Positions 10,041 through 18,724 of a stretch of DNA of 64,000 nt are shown here, in pieces; position 1 is the stretch's first letter; each line of letters begins with the position of its first letter. Origin of the DNA: Alkalispirochaeta sp. (lineage in GTDB: Bacteria > Spirochaetota > Spirochaetia > DSM-27196 > Alkalispirochaetaceae); assembly GCA_965601925.1 (NCBI GenBank), contig OZ271854.1:736001-800000 (forward strand), written 5' to 3'. Made by a program: the position numbers and the translations under genes. Under the pieces are notes generated by a model. That model saw only the letters and a list, made by a program, of their open reading frames with translations, was not told where the DNA came from and made no database searches.

Positions 10041-10961
10041 TCAGGCAAACAAGGTGCACAGATCGTACCCGATCTCGTACGCTTTTTCACGACGGTACGG
10101 CTCCCACGGAACGCGTACCACTTCAGGCGCATCGTTCATCTTCGCGAAGAGCTCTCGTTCCATCTCGTCGGCGATCGTCTTGAGTCCCGGGGTGTACTTA
10201 TTGTTTATGGCGACCTGGGCCGAGAGCTTGAGATCGGCAAGGCCGACGAAGATGCGCTCGCTCTCGCGCAAGCTCAGATAATCGGGGTTGAAGACCACGG
10301 CGATCCGGTTGCCATCCCCTTCGAGGTGCTGCGCCACGGCTACATACCGCTCAAAGAGCTCCCTCAGCTTCTGCATCACCCGATCGTCCTTCTCTTCGTA
10401 GGCGAGCTTCTGCCCCTGTTCGTCGTAGACCCCGGTAATCGCATGCACCGTGTGGCGCTTGTCGAGGATATCGCGCCGAATACGACGCAGTCGGTCGATC
10501 CACGTGATCGAGATGCGCGGCAGAGCGAGAATACGCAGCGTCAGACCGGTCGGCGGAGTGTCGACAACCACCACGTCGTACTCATCTGAGGTGCGTAAGA
10601 GCTCCTCCAACGCGGTGAGAACGGCGTATTCCTCCACACCGGGAGAGTGGCGCAGAACTTTGAAATAGCGATCGAGATTGAACGCCCGCGTGTAACTGTA
10701 GACCTCCGTGAGGATGTCGGTGTTCTTTTTGATGTACTCCTGCGCCGAGCGCTCCAGATCGGCTTCGCGGAGGTCGAGATTGGCGGAAAAACGGGTCGGT
10801 TTATGACCGAGCTTCACGCCGAAGATATCGCCGAGATTGTGGGCAGGATCGAAGGATATTGCAAGGACGCGCCGCCCCGCCTGGGATAGTTGCCACGCGG
10901 CGGCGGAGGCCATCGTCGACTTGCCGACCCCGCCCTTTCCGGTAAAAAAAATCGTCTTCAC
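10041..10961 (-). CDS. ArsA/Get3-family ATPase, single NBD
   Basis: Deviant Walker A GKGGVGKST, DPAHNLGD, SPGVEE, DTPPTGLTLRIL; only one Cys. Confidence 0.9.
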   Translation of the reverse strand: MKTIFFTGKGGVGKSTMASAAAWQLSQAGRRVLAISFDPAHNLGDIFGVKLGHKPTRFSANLDLREADLERSAQEYIKKNTDILTEVYSYTRAFNLDRYFKVLRHSPGVEEYAVLTALEELLRTSDEYDVVVVDTPPTGLTLRILALPRISITWIDRLRRIRRDILDKRHTVHAITGVYDEQGQKLAYEEKDDRVMQKLRELFERYVAVAQHLEGDGNRIAVVFNPDYLSLRESERIFVGLADLKLSAQVAINNKYTPGLKTIADEMERELFAKMNDAPEVVRVPWEPYRREKAYEIGYDLCTLFA

Positions 10962-10997
10962 GCGGTTATTCCTTTGTTGGAGTGCAAAACGGCGGAC

Positions 10998-11318
10998 CTA
11001 CGCATCCGCGTCGAGGCTTCCCATGATTTCGGCGAGCGCGTCCGTGGAACTCTCGGCGCGTCGGTTCAGAACGCGAATTTCATGTTCCAGATGCGGTAAC
11101 AGCTCGACCGCCAAAAACGACGGGGGCGAAGGCATGCCGGCAAACGAACCGAGGAGGAGCAACACGAACATGTTTTCGAGCTCCCGCGCTTCATACGCGG
11201 TGAGAGACGTCATCTTCTCGCGGTGGGCACGATCCAATCCGCGAAAAAACGAGATCACCAACTGTCCTATCCGTCGTACCGCGCCGATTGCTCGACGCGA
11301 AGATCGATCGCGCGCCAT
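10998..11318 (-). CDS. Small conserved-type protein between cstA and the ArsA-like ATPase
   Basis: 106 aa, GAGAGGA RBS, ELENMFVLLLLG..AGMPSPP...ELLP motif recalls small proteins of cstA-arsA operons. Confidence 0.75.
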   Translation of the reverse strand: MARDRSSRRAIGAVRRIGQLVISFFRGLDRAHREKMTSLTAYEARELENMFVLLLLGSFAGMPSPPSFLAVELLPHLEHEIRVLNRRAESSTDALAEIMGSLDADA

Positions 11319-11344
11319 ATAGGTCCTCTCTCGAAATACAGAGA

Positions 11345-11390
11345 GGGCCCTACCCCGCGCCGTACTAATCGACGCGGGAGGATAGGGCCC
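11345..11390. other. Intercistronic stem-loop downstream of cstA
   Basis: GGGCCCTA...TAGGGCCC outer stem with inner CCCGCG/CGCGGG stem; no U-tract. Confidence 0.55.
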
Positions 11391-11410
11391 CGATGAAACG
11401 TGGAGACGGA

Positions 11411-13138
11411 TTAGGCCTCGGAGGCCTCCGGAGCGGGATCGTTACGCGTCTTCACGAAGTCGATAATGAACACGATGTTCAGAATGAGCATGATCGCCTC
11501 GATGATGAACACGACCGTGTTGGTTACCGCATTGGCCTGAATCGCCGGCAGCACGACGATGAACATGTGCCACACAATCGCGGCGGTAACGGTGATCCAC
11601 AAGAGATACGCGGGAATCAGCGCCATGGTCGCCTTGGTCTTGAGTCGTTTGGCGACCCACGCCGTACCGGTCAACAATGCGATCGACGCGATCAACTGGT
11701 TACCGGCACCGAAGCTGGGCCACAGAATACTGAACGTACCGGACCACGCGAGGTAGATTCCCAACGCCGCGGGAATGGCCGAAGCGACCCACCGGTTCGT
11801 CAAGAAGTTGTAGACGCTCTCGCTCCTGTCTTTCACGGGTAGTGCGATCTCGGCAAGAGTGTAGCGCGCCAGACGGTTGGTCGTGTCCAGCGTCGTCATC
11901 GCGAAGGAGGCGACCCACATACCGGCGATCGTCCTGACGAAGGTCGTGGGTAAAAAGCCCAACCACGTCGAGTCGACCATGGCGGCGTAGGCGGTAGTGA
12001 ACATACCCGCACCGCTCAACCCCGCGGCGGCGCCGGCGGCGAGATAACGCTCGCCCCACGTAGCGGCGGTGATATCCTGTCCGGCGTTTACCAGAAGCGT
12101 CATCCCGTAACCGGCGATGGTCACGACGACGATGGTGGAGAGAAAACCCTCAAAAAGCATACCGCCGTACCCGATCGTAAGGCCCGAACTCTCTTTGTCG
12201 AGCTGCTTGCTCGTGGTACCCGATCCTACGAGGGAGTGGAATCCGCTCAAGCTACCGCAGGCGATAATCAGCGGAATGACCGGCCAGAACGGGCTCGGCT
12301 GACCGCCGGAGACGATCGGCGCAAAGCTGGTAAAGGCCGGCGCGGTGAAGCTGACGCCGCTTGAGATCGCCGCAACGGCGCCGATCGCGAGGCCGAGGTA
12401 GAGGAGCCAGCTGTTAAGGTAGTCCCGCGGCTGCAGGAGAACGTTCACCGGAATGGCCGAAGCGATAATGATGTAAAAGAACATCACGACGAACCACACA
12501 CTCCTGGGAGCTGCAATCGGGAATGCGATACCGCCGAAGATCGCCGCAATCAACAGCACCACGCCGATAACCGTCGCAACGGTGAAGTTCATCTTCACCC
12601 GATACATCAACACACCCAATATCAACGCGGCAACGAGGGTGAGCAGATAACTGGACGGAACCGAGGGGTCGCCGACGAACATATTGCCGAGGACCGCACC
12701 GAAAGCGCCGACGATCAGGACGAGAATCAGGAACACGAGCCAATAAAAGAGTTTCCCGGTTCGCTTGGTGATCAGATCCGAGGCGACGAACTGGATCGAC
12801 TTTCCGTCATAGCGCACCGAAGCCATGATCGCCAGGTAATCGTGGACGGCACCGATGAAGATGTTGCCGAACCAGATCCACGCGAGTGCCGGAACCCAAC
12901 CCCACGCCATGGCGATGACGGGCCCGATAATCGGAGCCGCACCCGCAACGGACGCGAAGTGATGGCCGAATAGCACCGGCGCCTTTGCCGGAACGTAGTC
13001 GACACCGTCGTACAAGCGATTTGCCGGAGTCTGGATGCTGTCGTCGGCCTTAACCACATTCCGCTCTAACTTTTTTCCATAAAGAAAGTAAAGCGCAATA
13101 TAGACGACGACACCAACCAGCACAACAATTGAGGACAT
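11411..13138 (-). CDS. cstA: Carbon starvation protein A family transporter (peptide/pyruvate)
   Basis: DGVDYVP, LFGHHFASVAGAAPIIGP, GAVHDY, LLQPRDYLNS, IACGSLSGFHSLVGSGTTSKQL, TTLDT..RLARY. Confidence 0.95.
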   Translation of the reverse strand: MSSIVVLVGVVVYIALYFLYGKKLERNVVKADDSIQTPANRLYDGVDYVPAKAPVLFGHHFASVAGAAPIIGPVIAMAWGWVPALAWIWFGNIFIGAVHDYLAIMASVRYDGKSIQFVASDLITKRTGKLFYWLVFLILVLIVGAFGAVLGNMFVGDPSVPSSYLLTLVAALILGVLMYRVKMNFTVATVIGVVLLIAAIFGGIAFPIAAPRSVWFVVMFFYIIIASAIPVNVLLQPRDYLNSWLLYLGLAIGAVAAISSGVSFTAPAFTSFAPIVSGGQPSPFWPVIPLIIACGSLSGFHSLVGSGTTSKQLDKESSGLTIGYGGMLFEGFLSTIVVVTIAGYGMTLLVNAGQDITAATWGERYLAAGAAAGLSGAGMFTTAYAAMVDSTWLGFLPTTFVRTIAGMWVASFAMTTLDTTNRLARYTLAEIALPVKDRSESVYNFLTNRWVASAIPAALGIYLAWSGTFSILWPSFGAGNQLIASIALLTGTAWVAKRLKTKATMALIPAYLLWITVTAAIVWHMFIVVLPAIQANAVTNTVVFIIEAIMLILNIVFIIDFVKTRNDPAPEASEA

Positions 13139-13166
13139 ATGGACCTCCTGATGGGTGTGATGTGGT

Positions 13167-13832
13167 TTAGCCCACGGTAACCCGGGTTTCAGGAGCGGTC
13201 AAGGAAAATAGTGCCGTTGCGACGGTTTCCAATTCCATTTTTATTGTATTGGTACAAGGCGTCAAAAAAATGGTAATTGTCCCACGTCTTGAATCGACGC
13301 CGATTTGGTTAATATTCGGCGCGGGAATGAGGTGCGGTACCGTCTCGCGCAGTCTGCTCGCCACTACGGCATTGAAGGAGAAGAGACGAAATCGCCGTCC
13401 CTCGGTAACCAGGCGCTCCTCGTTCCACTCTTCGTCTCGTTCTACCGCCGACCACCGCGATCGGTGAGCCGTTTCGTGTACAAGAGTACCGACTCCGGGC
13501 GGCAACACGTCTCGGCAAAAAAAAGTCAACTTGAGCAGGTCACTGCGACCGAGGAGTCGGGCGATCGGCATATAGAGCGGCGCATAGCGCGGCAGCGTCG
13601 TGACGACGCCGTGGAGAGACGCAATCGGACCGTCCAGATCGTACTCGAACCCGTAGCCGATTCCCCGTCCCAGCGGGACGTAGTCGGTCCGCCGGGGGCG
13701 AAAGCACTCCTCGACGGCCGTTATGATCGCGGTCGTGAGGCGTGCATTGTGACGAAGGCCGAGTCTGAACGCTACCGCAAACGCGAGGGCCGACACGACG
13801 AAGAACGCAGCCATGGGTGGAAGATACCGCAT
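13167..13832 (-). CDS. Single-pass membrane protein, paralog of 9300-10019
   Basis: C-terminal 221 aa of the 13167-14483 ORF: TM then GLRHNAR, TTLPRYAPLYMP..L.GRSD; start inferred (13814 is an alternative). Confidence 0.75.
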   Translation of the reverse strand: MRYLPPMAAFFVVSALAFAVAFRLGLRHNARLTTAIITAVEECFRPRRTDYVPLGRGIGYGFEYDLDGPIASLHGVVTTLPRYAPLYMPIARLLGRSDLLKLTFFCRDVLPPGVGTLVHETAHRSRWSAVERDEEWNEERLVTEGRRFRLFSFNAVVASRLRETVPHLIPAPNINQIGVDSRRGTITIFLTPCTNTIKMELETVATALFSLTAPETRVTVG

Positions 13833-13892
13833 TACGAACCGCAGGACCACGATCGGCGACACCGCCGGTATCCTCGTGTACAATTCCACGCG

Positions 13893-14549
13893 ATGCAATC
13901 CGTTATATTCGATATGGACGGCGTTATCGTCGACAGCGAGCCGACGCATTTTCGTCTGGAGCGGGAACTCTTTCACAGGTTGGGACTGGTCATAGATGAC
14001 GCCGAGCACGAGCGTTACGTCGGCACGAACGCTCGGGGTATGCTCGAAGAGATCGCCCGTCGCCATGGAGCCGCGTGGGAACGTCACGGTATGACGATCG
14101 ACGATGTAGTAGAGGACGAGTATCGTCGCTATCAGGAGCAATTGATCGCCGGAGCGGTGCCCTTCGTATCGGGTGCCGTGGAGGTGATACGCGATCTCTC
14201 CCGTGCGGGTTGGAAACTGGCGATCGCCTCCTCGGCGCCGCACAGCCAGATAGACGAGGTGGTACGGCAAGCCGAGCTCGACGATATCGTCGAGTGTCGG
14301 ATAAGCGGCGACGATGTGGAACGTAGCAAACCGGACCCTGCCATCTTTCTGAGGACGGCGGCGTGTCTCGGTAGCGCGCCGTCGGAGTGTTGGGTGGTCG
14401 AAGACTCGGAAAACGGAGTGCGCGCCGCTGTTGCCGCCGGAATGGTATGCATCGGCTTCCGCAACGGTAGCTCGGGCCGTCAAAACGTGAGCGCCGCCGC
14501 CTACGTGGCCGATACCATGCCGGAGGTGGCGCGCATTCTCGCGATATAG
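13893..14549 (+). CDS. HAD-superfamily phosphatase (beta-PGM/CbbY-like)
   Basis: IFDMDGVIVDSE, ASS, KPDPAIF, VEDSENG; start trimmed to MQSVIFD, TACAAT 8 nt upstream. Confidence 0.9.
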   Translation: MQSVIFDMDGVIVDSEPTHFRLERELFHRLGLVIDDAEHERYVGTNARGMLEEIARRHGAAWERHGMTIDDVVEDEYRRYQEQLIAGAVPFVSGAVEVIRDLSRAGWKLAIASSAPHSQIDEVVRQAELDDIVECRISGDDVERSKPDPAIFLRTAACLGSAPSECWVVEDSENGVRAAVAAGMVCIGFRNGSSGRQNVSAAAYVADTMPEVARILAI

Positions 14550-14668
14550 CGCGAGAGTTCGAGTCTTCGCATCCCTTGGTGTATCTTAGTGACGTCGCCC
14601 GGCAGGAACACTCCTTCTTCGTATCGGGCGACGACTCGAAGGTATCTTTGGAATAGGAGCGTAGTATC

Positions 14669-15433
14669 ATGAGCACCGCATTATTCTCTCTGGACGGCAA
14701 GAGGGCGCTCGTAACCGGATCGACCCAAGGCATCGGACGGTCGCTCGCCCGCGGGCTTGCCGAGGCGGGGGCGACGGTGATTCTCAACGGAAGGACCGCA
14801 GCGAAGGTAGACGCCGCCGTCGAGGAGTTGCGCGCCGAGGGACTATCGGCCGAGGGTGCGGCGTTCGACGTGACGGATGAGAGGTCGGTGACGCGGGGTA
14901 TCGAGGAGATCGTATCGAGCGGAACGATCGATGTCCTCGTGAACAACGCCGGCGGCACGGTGCGCAAGCCGGTCCACGAACTCTCGTTCGACGAGTGGCG
15001 TCGCGTCCTGGACCTCAACCTCAACGGCGCATTTCTCACGACCCGCGCCGTGGTGCCGTCTATGATCGAAGGCAAGGCGGGCAAGATCATCAACACGTGT
15101 TCTCTCATGAGCGATATCGCTCGCGAACAGAACACGCCGTACGCCGCGAGCAAGGGCGGGATGCGCATGTTCACCCGCGCCTTGGCGGTGGAGCTCGGTC
15201 CTCACAACATCCAGGTGAACGGCATCGGCCCGGGCTACTTCGTCACCCCGCTTACGAAAGTCCTCCAGGAGAACCGTGAGTTCGACTCCTGGCTCAAGCG
15301 GCGCACCCCTATGGCGCGATGGGGCAGGGTCGAGGAACTCGTGGGGGCGGCGGTGTATCTGGCGAGCCCGGCGAGCAGCTTTGTGTCGGGACAGATTCTC
15401 TATGTGGACGGGGGATTCACCGCGGCGATGTAA
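14669..15433 (+). CDS. idnO: Gluconate 5-dehydrogenase-like SDR
   Basis: TGSTQGIG, NNAG, YAASKGG, QVNGIGPGYF, RTPMARWG, GQILYVDGG; AGGAG RBS. Confidence 0.8.
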   Translation: MSTALFSLDGKRALVTGSTQGIGRSLARGLAEAGATVILNGRTAAKVDAAVEELRAEGLSAEGAAFDVTDERSVTRGIEEIVSSGTIDVLVNNAGGTVRKPVHELSFDEWRRVLDLNLNGAFLTTRAVVPSMIEGKAGKIINTCSLMSDIAREQNTPYAASKGGMRMFTRALAVELGPHNIQVNGIGPGYFVTPLTKVLQENREFDSWLKRRTPMARWGRVEELVGAAVYLASPASSFVSGQILYVDGGFTAAM

Positions 15434-15694
15434 GCGGCGCTGTACGAAGGGATGTTCGGACCGAGGTTGAGACCGCTCGAGTGATCTGTAACGGGCGTTT
15501 ATCCCGTTATTGAAAAGACGAGATGCGTCGACGAACCGCTACCCCTCCGCCATAACGAAGAATGGAGAACGGCGAGAGAATCCCCGACGAATCTGTCCGG
15601 TCTGCTCGTCAAAAGCAAGCACGGGATGCGTATGCCACCGGAGTCCGTCGGTGTATCGGCCCGGAGCAACGCGTCCGGGCTCTCTATCAACTCC

Positions 15695-16218
15695 TCAACT
15701 AAAAAGGAAAAAAATCCAAGCGCCGCTGCTGGTCGGCGTAGTGGCCGTATATACTTCCTAATTCCCTGAGACGCTATAAATGACTGCATTCCAGCCTGCG
15801 GAAAGAGCCATGTTGTCGAGTATCGTCGCCTGGGTCATTTTGGCATTTGTGTTCGAACTAGTAACATCGATACTAAACTCCTCGGCAGTTGTGCCGAGTT
15901 CACTTTCATTGGGGGCATCGCCGGATAAGATCAGGATAGCGTCGTCGCTACTGTCGGTATCAAGTGTCTCAGTATTTGTCGAAAGAAAAAAGTACGTCCC
16001 GGCGCGTGTTCATGAGCTCCATATGTGGTGATAACATCACCATCGAATTCGGCTTGAGTCGGGATCGTTACATCGGTATCAAGTGTATCGCCTACGGCCC
16101 CGGGGCCCAGCCCTCCCCAGCCCACGCCGTTCTCGTCGTCCTCACCTAAGAGATCGCACGCTGAGAGTCCGACGAACGTGACCAAACAGAGCGCCACAAG
16201 CTTAAGATGGTTTCGCAT
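15695..16218 (-). pseudogene. Decayed paralog of the adjacent lipoprotein
   Basis: Starts MRNHLKLVAL..GLSACDLLG; frameshift at T6 run (15986-15991); continues LDTDSSDDAIL...LSAGWNAVIY; about 41-aa internal deletion; in-frame TAG at 15758-15760 before GAWIF. Confidence 0.8.
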
Positions 16219-16700
16219 CAGTGATGCCTCCTGGTGTGTCGTGCTGAAGATTCTTAATGTGTCGTGATCGAACGTCAATGTATCGCGACAGAAAAAAATA
16301 GGTATTTTTATTAATTTAAATTAATTTATATTATAATTTTTTAGCGTCGTTTTCAATGATCATAGCGTTCCGACTGACGGCGGCAGCCAAGTCGAAATCG
16401 GTCTACTCAGTGTTACTCCCGTTAGTGTCAACCACGCGCTATTACACTCGCCACCGGATATGTGAAAGCACTCGAACTCTCTCGACAGTGCTCAGATAAC
16501 CGAGATCAAAACGGTGTCAGTTCGCCGCATCCGTTACTAAAGACTCAAAGAGCATAGGAAGTTCGACAAGCTTGCCTTTAAGGTGATGAAATGAGGAACA
16601 AATATGACAAGCGAGCGCACCAAAAAAACTCCTGTGGCATATGATGATCACACCACAGGAGTGTCTTGTCACTAATCGGTGAATTGATTCAATCGCAACC

Positions 16701-17351
16701 TTAGGGCTCGAAGGTCCAAGCGCCGCTAATACCGGACGGTATAGAGTTGGTATACCCGCTACTGTCAGGTGAGGACACATAAATCACGACATTCCAGCCG
16801 GCAGCAAGCGAAATGTTGAAGTCATCGAACCCATCACTGCCGCCAAGCTCCGTTGCCTCCGATGAGTATATATATACCTCGTAGTATTCAGTAACGGTAC
16901 TGAAAACGGCGTGATAAAAACGGACAGGATCAAAAGTGTCACTCTCAATCTCCGCCTCAAGAATTCTCGCGTCCGTGTTAGTACTGGTCACACCAACCCC
17001 AAAAACATTAGCTGGAGTATCTAAAAGAGTAGCGTCCGGCACACCCGTCGAGAGCATAAGGACGGCGTCATCCGACGTATCGGTATCAAGAATCGTGAAG
17101 CTTCGGGCGTCGAACAACTCGTAGTCGCGGCCCGGCGTGTGCTGATACGCAACAAATAACTCATCTTGGGAAGTTCCATCGAAATTGACTTCGCGCGTCA
17201 CCGTCGCGTTGATACTGAGCGTATCGCCCAAAGCCCCGGGTCCAAGTCCTCCCCAACTCGCGTCGTCGTCATCGTCGCCGAGAAGATCGCACGCCGAAAG
17301 TCCTATAAAGGTGATCAGCAAAAGCGCCACAAGTTTAAGATTGCTTCGCAT
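16701..17351 (-). CDS. Acidic lipoprotein of unknown function
   Basis: Lipobox GLSA-C, acidic tether DDDDD, beta-rich mature part with LAAGWN; AGGAGG RBS. Confidence 0.85.
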   Translation of the reverse strand: MRSNLKLVALLLITFIGLSACDLLGDDDDDASWGGLGPGALGDTLSINATVTREVNFDGTSQDELFVAYQHTPGRDYELFDARSFTILDTDTSDDAVLMLSTGVPDATLLDTPANVFGVGVTSTNTDARILEAEIESDTFDPVRFYHAVFSTVTEYYEVYIYSSEATELGGSDGFDDFNISLAAGWNVVIYVSSPDSSGYTNSIPSGISGAWTFEP

Positions 17352-17662
17352 CAGAGATGCCTCCTGTTGTGTGTTGTTGAACGTTATTAACTTGCAGTGA
17401 TCGTCGGTAGTATATCGTAGCCCGATCTTTATTCAAGATATTTATGTTTATTTTTTCTTTTTCACAGCATGATTCATTACTGTGAAAATATTAGTTTTGT
17501 GTTAAATCCGTGCGCTTTTCATAGAGTAACCGAAGTGCAGAAGGGACGGTGCGGCGCGTCGACGACTCCGCAACGGTATAGATCCCGCGACTATCGAGGT
17601 TGGGGAGGAGCTCACCTCGACTCACCCCTTGTCTCCTCCGAGCGCGTCCGATATCGTGGAGT

Positions 17663-18232
17663 ATGTCCGCCAAATATTATTTCAGTTACCGTCAGATTCA
17701 CAAAACCGTTAAGAGCCTCGCCGAGGCGATAACCGCCGACGGCTACGACCCGGACGTGATCGTCGCGATCGGTACCGGTGGATTCATACCCGCGCGCATC
17801 CTCAAGACGTTTATCGATCGGCCGATTCTCACCGTCGGTATCCGGTACTACGACGAGAACAACCGACCGACGGACCGTCCGCGCAAAATTCAGTGGATCG
17901 ATGAGGTGGAGAAGAAGCTCACGGGTCGCAAGATCCTCTTGGTGGACGAGGTAGACGACACGCGCACGACCCTCGAGTATTGTCTGAACGAGCTCCTCTC
18001 CCACCACCCCGCCGAGACGGCGGTCGCGGTGATGCATAAGAAAAACAAGCCGAAGCGAGGGGCGATTCCGGCAGCCGTGAGCCGCTACTACGTCGGGAAA
18101 GAGGTTGAGGATATCTGGGTCGTCTACCCGTGGGACGCCGAAGATATCGACGCCCATTGTGATAGAGCCGAACGCCGCGAGACGGCTAGCGGCGCGGTAA
18201 CGGTAGATTCCGCGCCTTCCGTTGGGTCGTAA
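17663..18232 (+). CDS. Purine (hypoxanthine/xanthine/guanine) phosphoribosyltransferase
   Basis: VAIGTGGFIPARIL, PRPP loop LLVDEVDDTRTTL, WVVYPWD. Confidence 0.85.
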   Translation: MSAKYYFSYRQIHKTVKSLAEAITADGYDPDVIVAIGTGGFIPARILKTFIDRPILTVGIRYYDENNRPTDRPRKIQWIDEVEKKLTGRKILLVDEVDDTRTTLEYCLNELLSHHPAETAVAVMHKKNKPKRGAIPAAVSRYYVGKEVEDIWVVYPWDAEDIDAHCDRAERRETASGAVTVDSAPSVGS

Positions 18233-18265
18233 CCGGTCCTGCGAGGTTCGTTGAGCGTCGCTCAG

Positions 18266-18643
18266 CTACAGCCATTCGGGATCGTAGACCGTCAACTCGC
18301 TTTCGACGGCACCGGTATTGCGGGTGCCGGCCGGTTCAAAGAGGAGTATCTCGCACTCTTCGTCCGCGATGGGGCGGTGTTCTCGGCCGCGGGGAACGAC
18401 GTAGATATCGCCGGGCCCCAAATCGACTGCGCCGTTGCGAAACTCGAGGCGTAGCGTACCCCGATGTACGAAAAAGAGTTCGTCGGTATCCTCGTGGGTA
18501 TGCCACACGAACGCGCCCTGAATTTTGGCCGCTTTGACGTGATAGTCGTTGACTTGCGCAACGATTCGCGGTTGCCATCGGTCGGAAATACGCGCGAACT
18601 TCTCTTTGAGATGTATCGCGCCCGAGACGTCGTCGGTTTTCAT
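18266..18643 (-). CDS. Cupin domain protein
   Basis: FVWHTHEDTDELF, VVPRGREHRP cupin motifs. Confidence 0.88.
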   Translation of the reverse strand: MKTDDVSGAIHLKEKFARISDRWQPRIVAQVNDYHVKAAKIQGAFVWHTHEDTDELFFVHRGTLRLEFRNGAVDLGPGDIYVVPRGREHRPIADEECEILLFEPAGTRNTGAVESELTVYDPEWL

Positions 18644-18724
18644 AGTGTGTAGCATAGAGCCGGAAACGCGACCGATCAATCGACCCGTACCGAAGGTCAA
18701 CGACGGAGCGCGTTACCCGCGACG

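Noticed and set aside
10041..10961. Arsenic resistance ATPase
   Set aside because: Single domain, lacks the Cys ligand set, and no ars genes nearby
13305..14483. Long overlapping ORFs on both strands (414 and 438 aa)
   Set aside because: Each is a real gene plus the antisense shadow of its divergent neighbour; true starts are about 13893 (+) and 13832 (-)
15758..15760. Amber read-through (pyrrolysine or recoding) in lipoprotein copy 2
   Set aside because: The same copy also has a frameshift and a large deletion; decay is simpler
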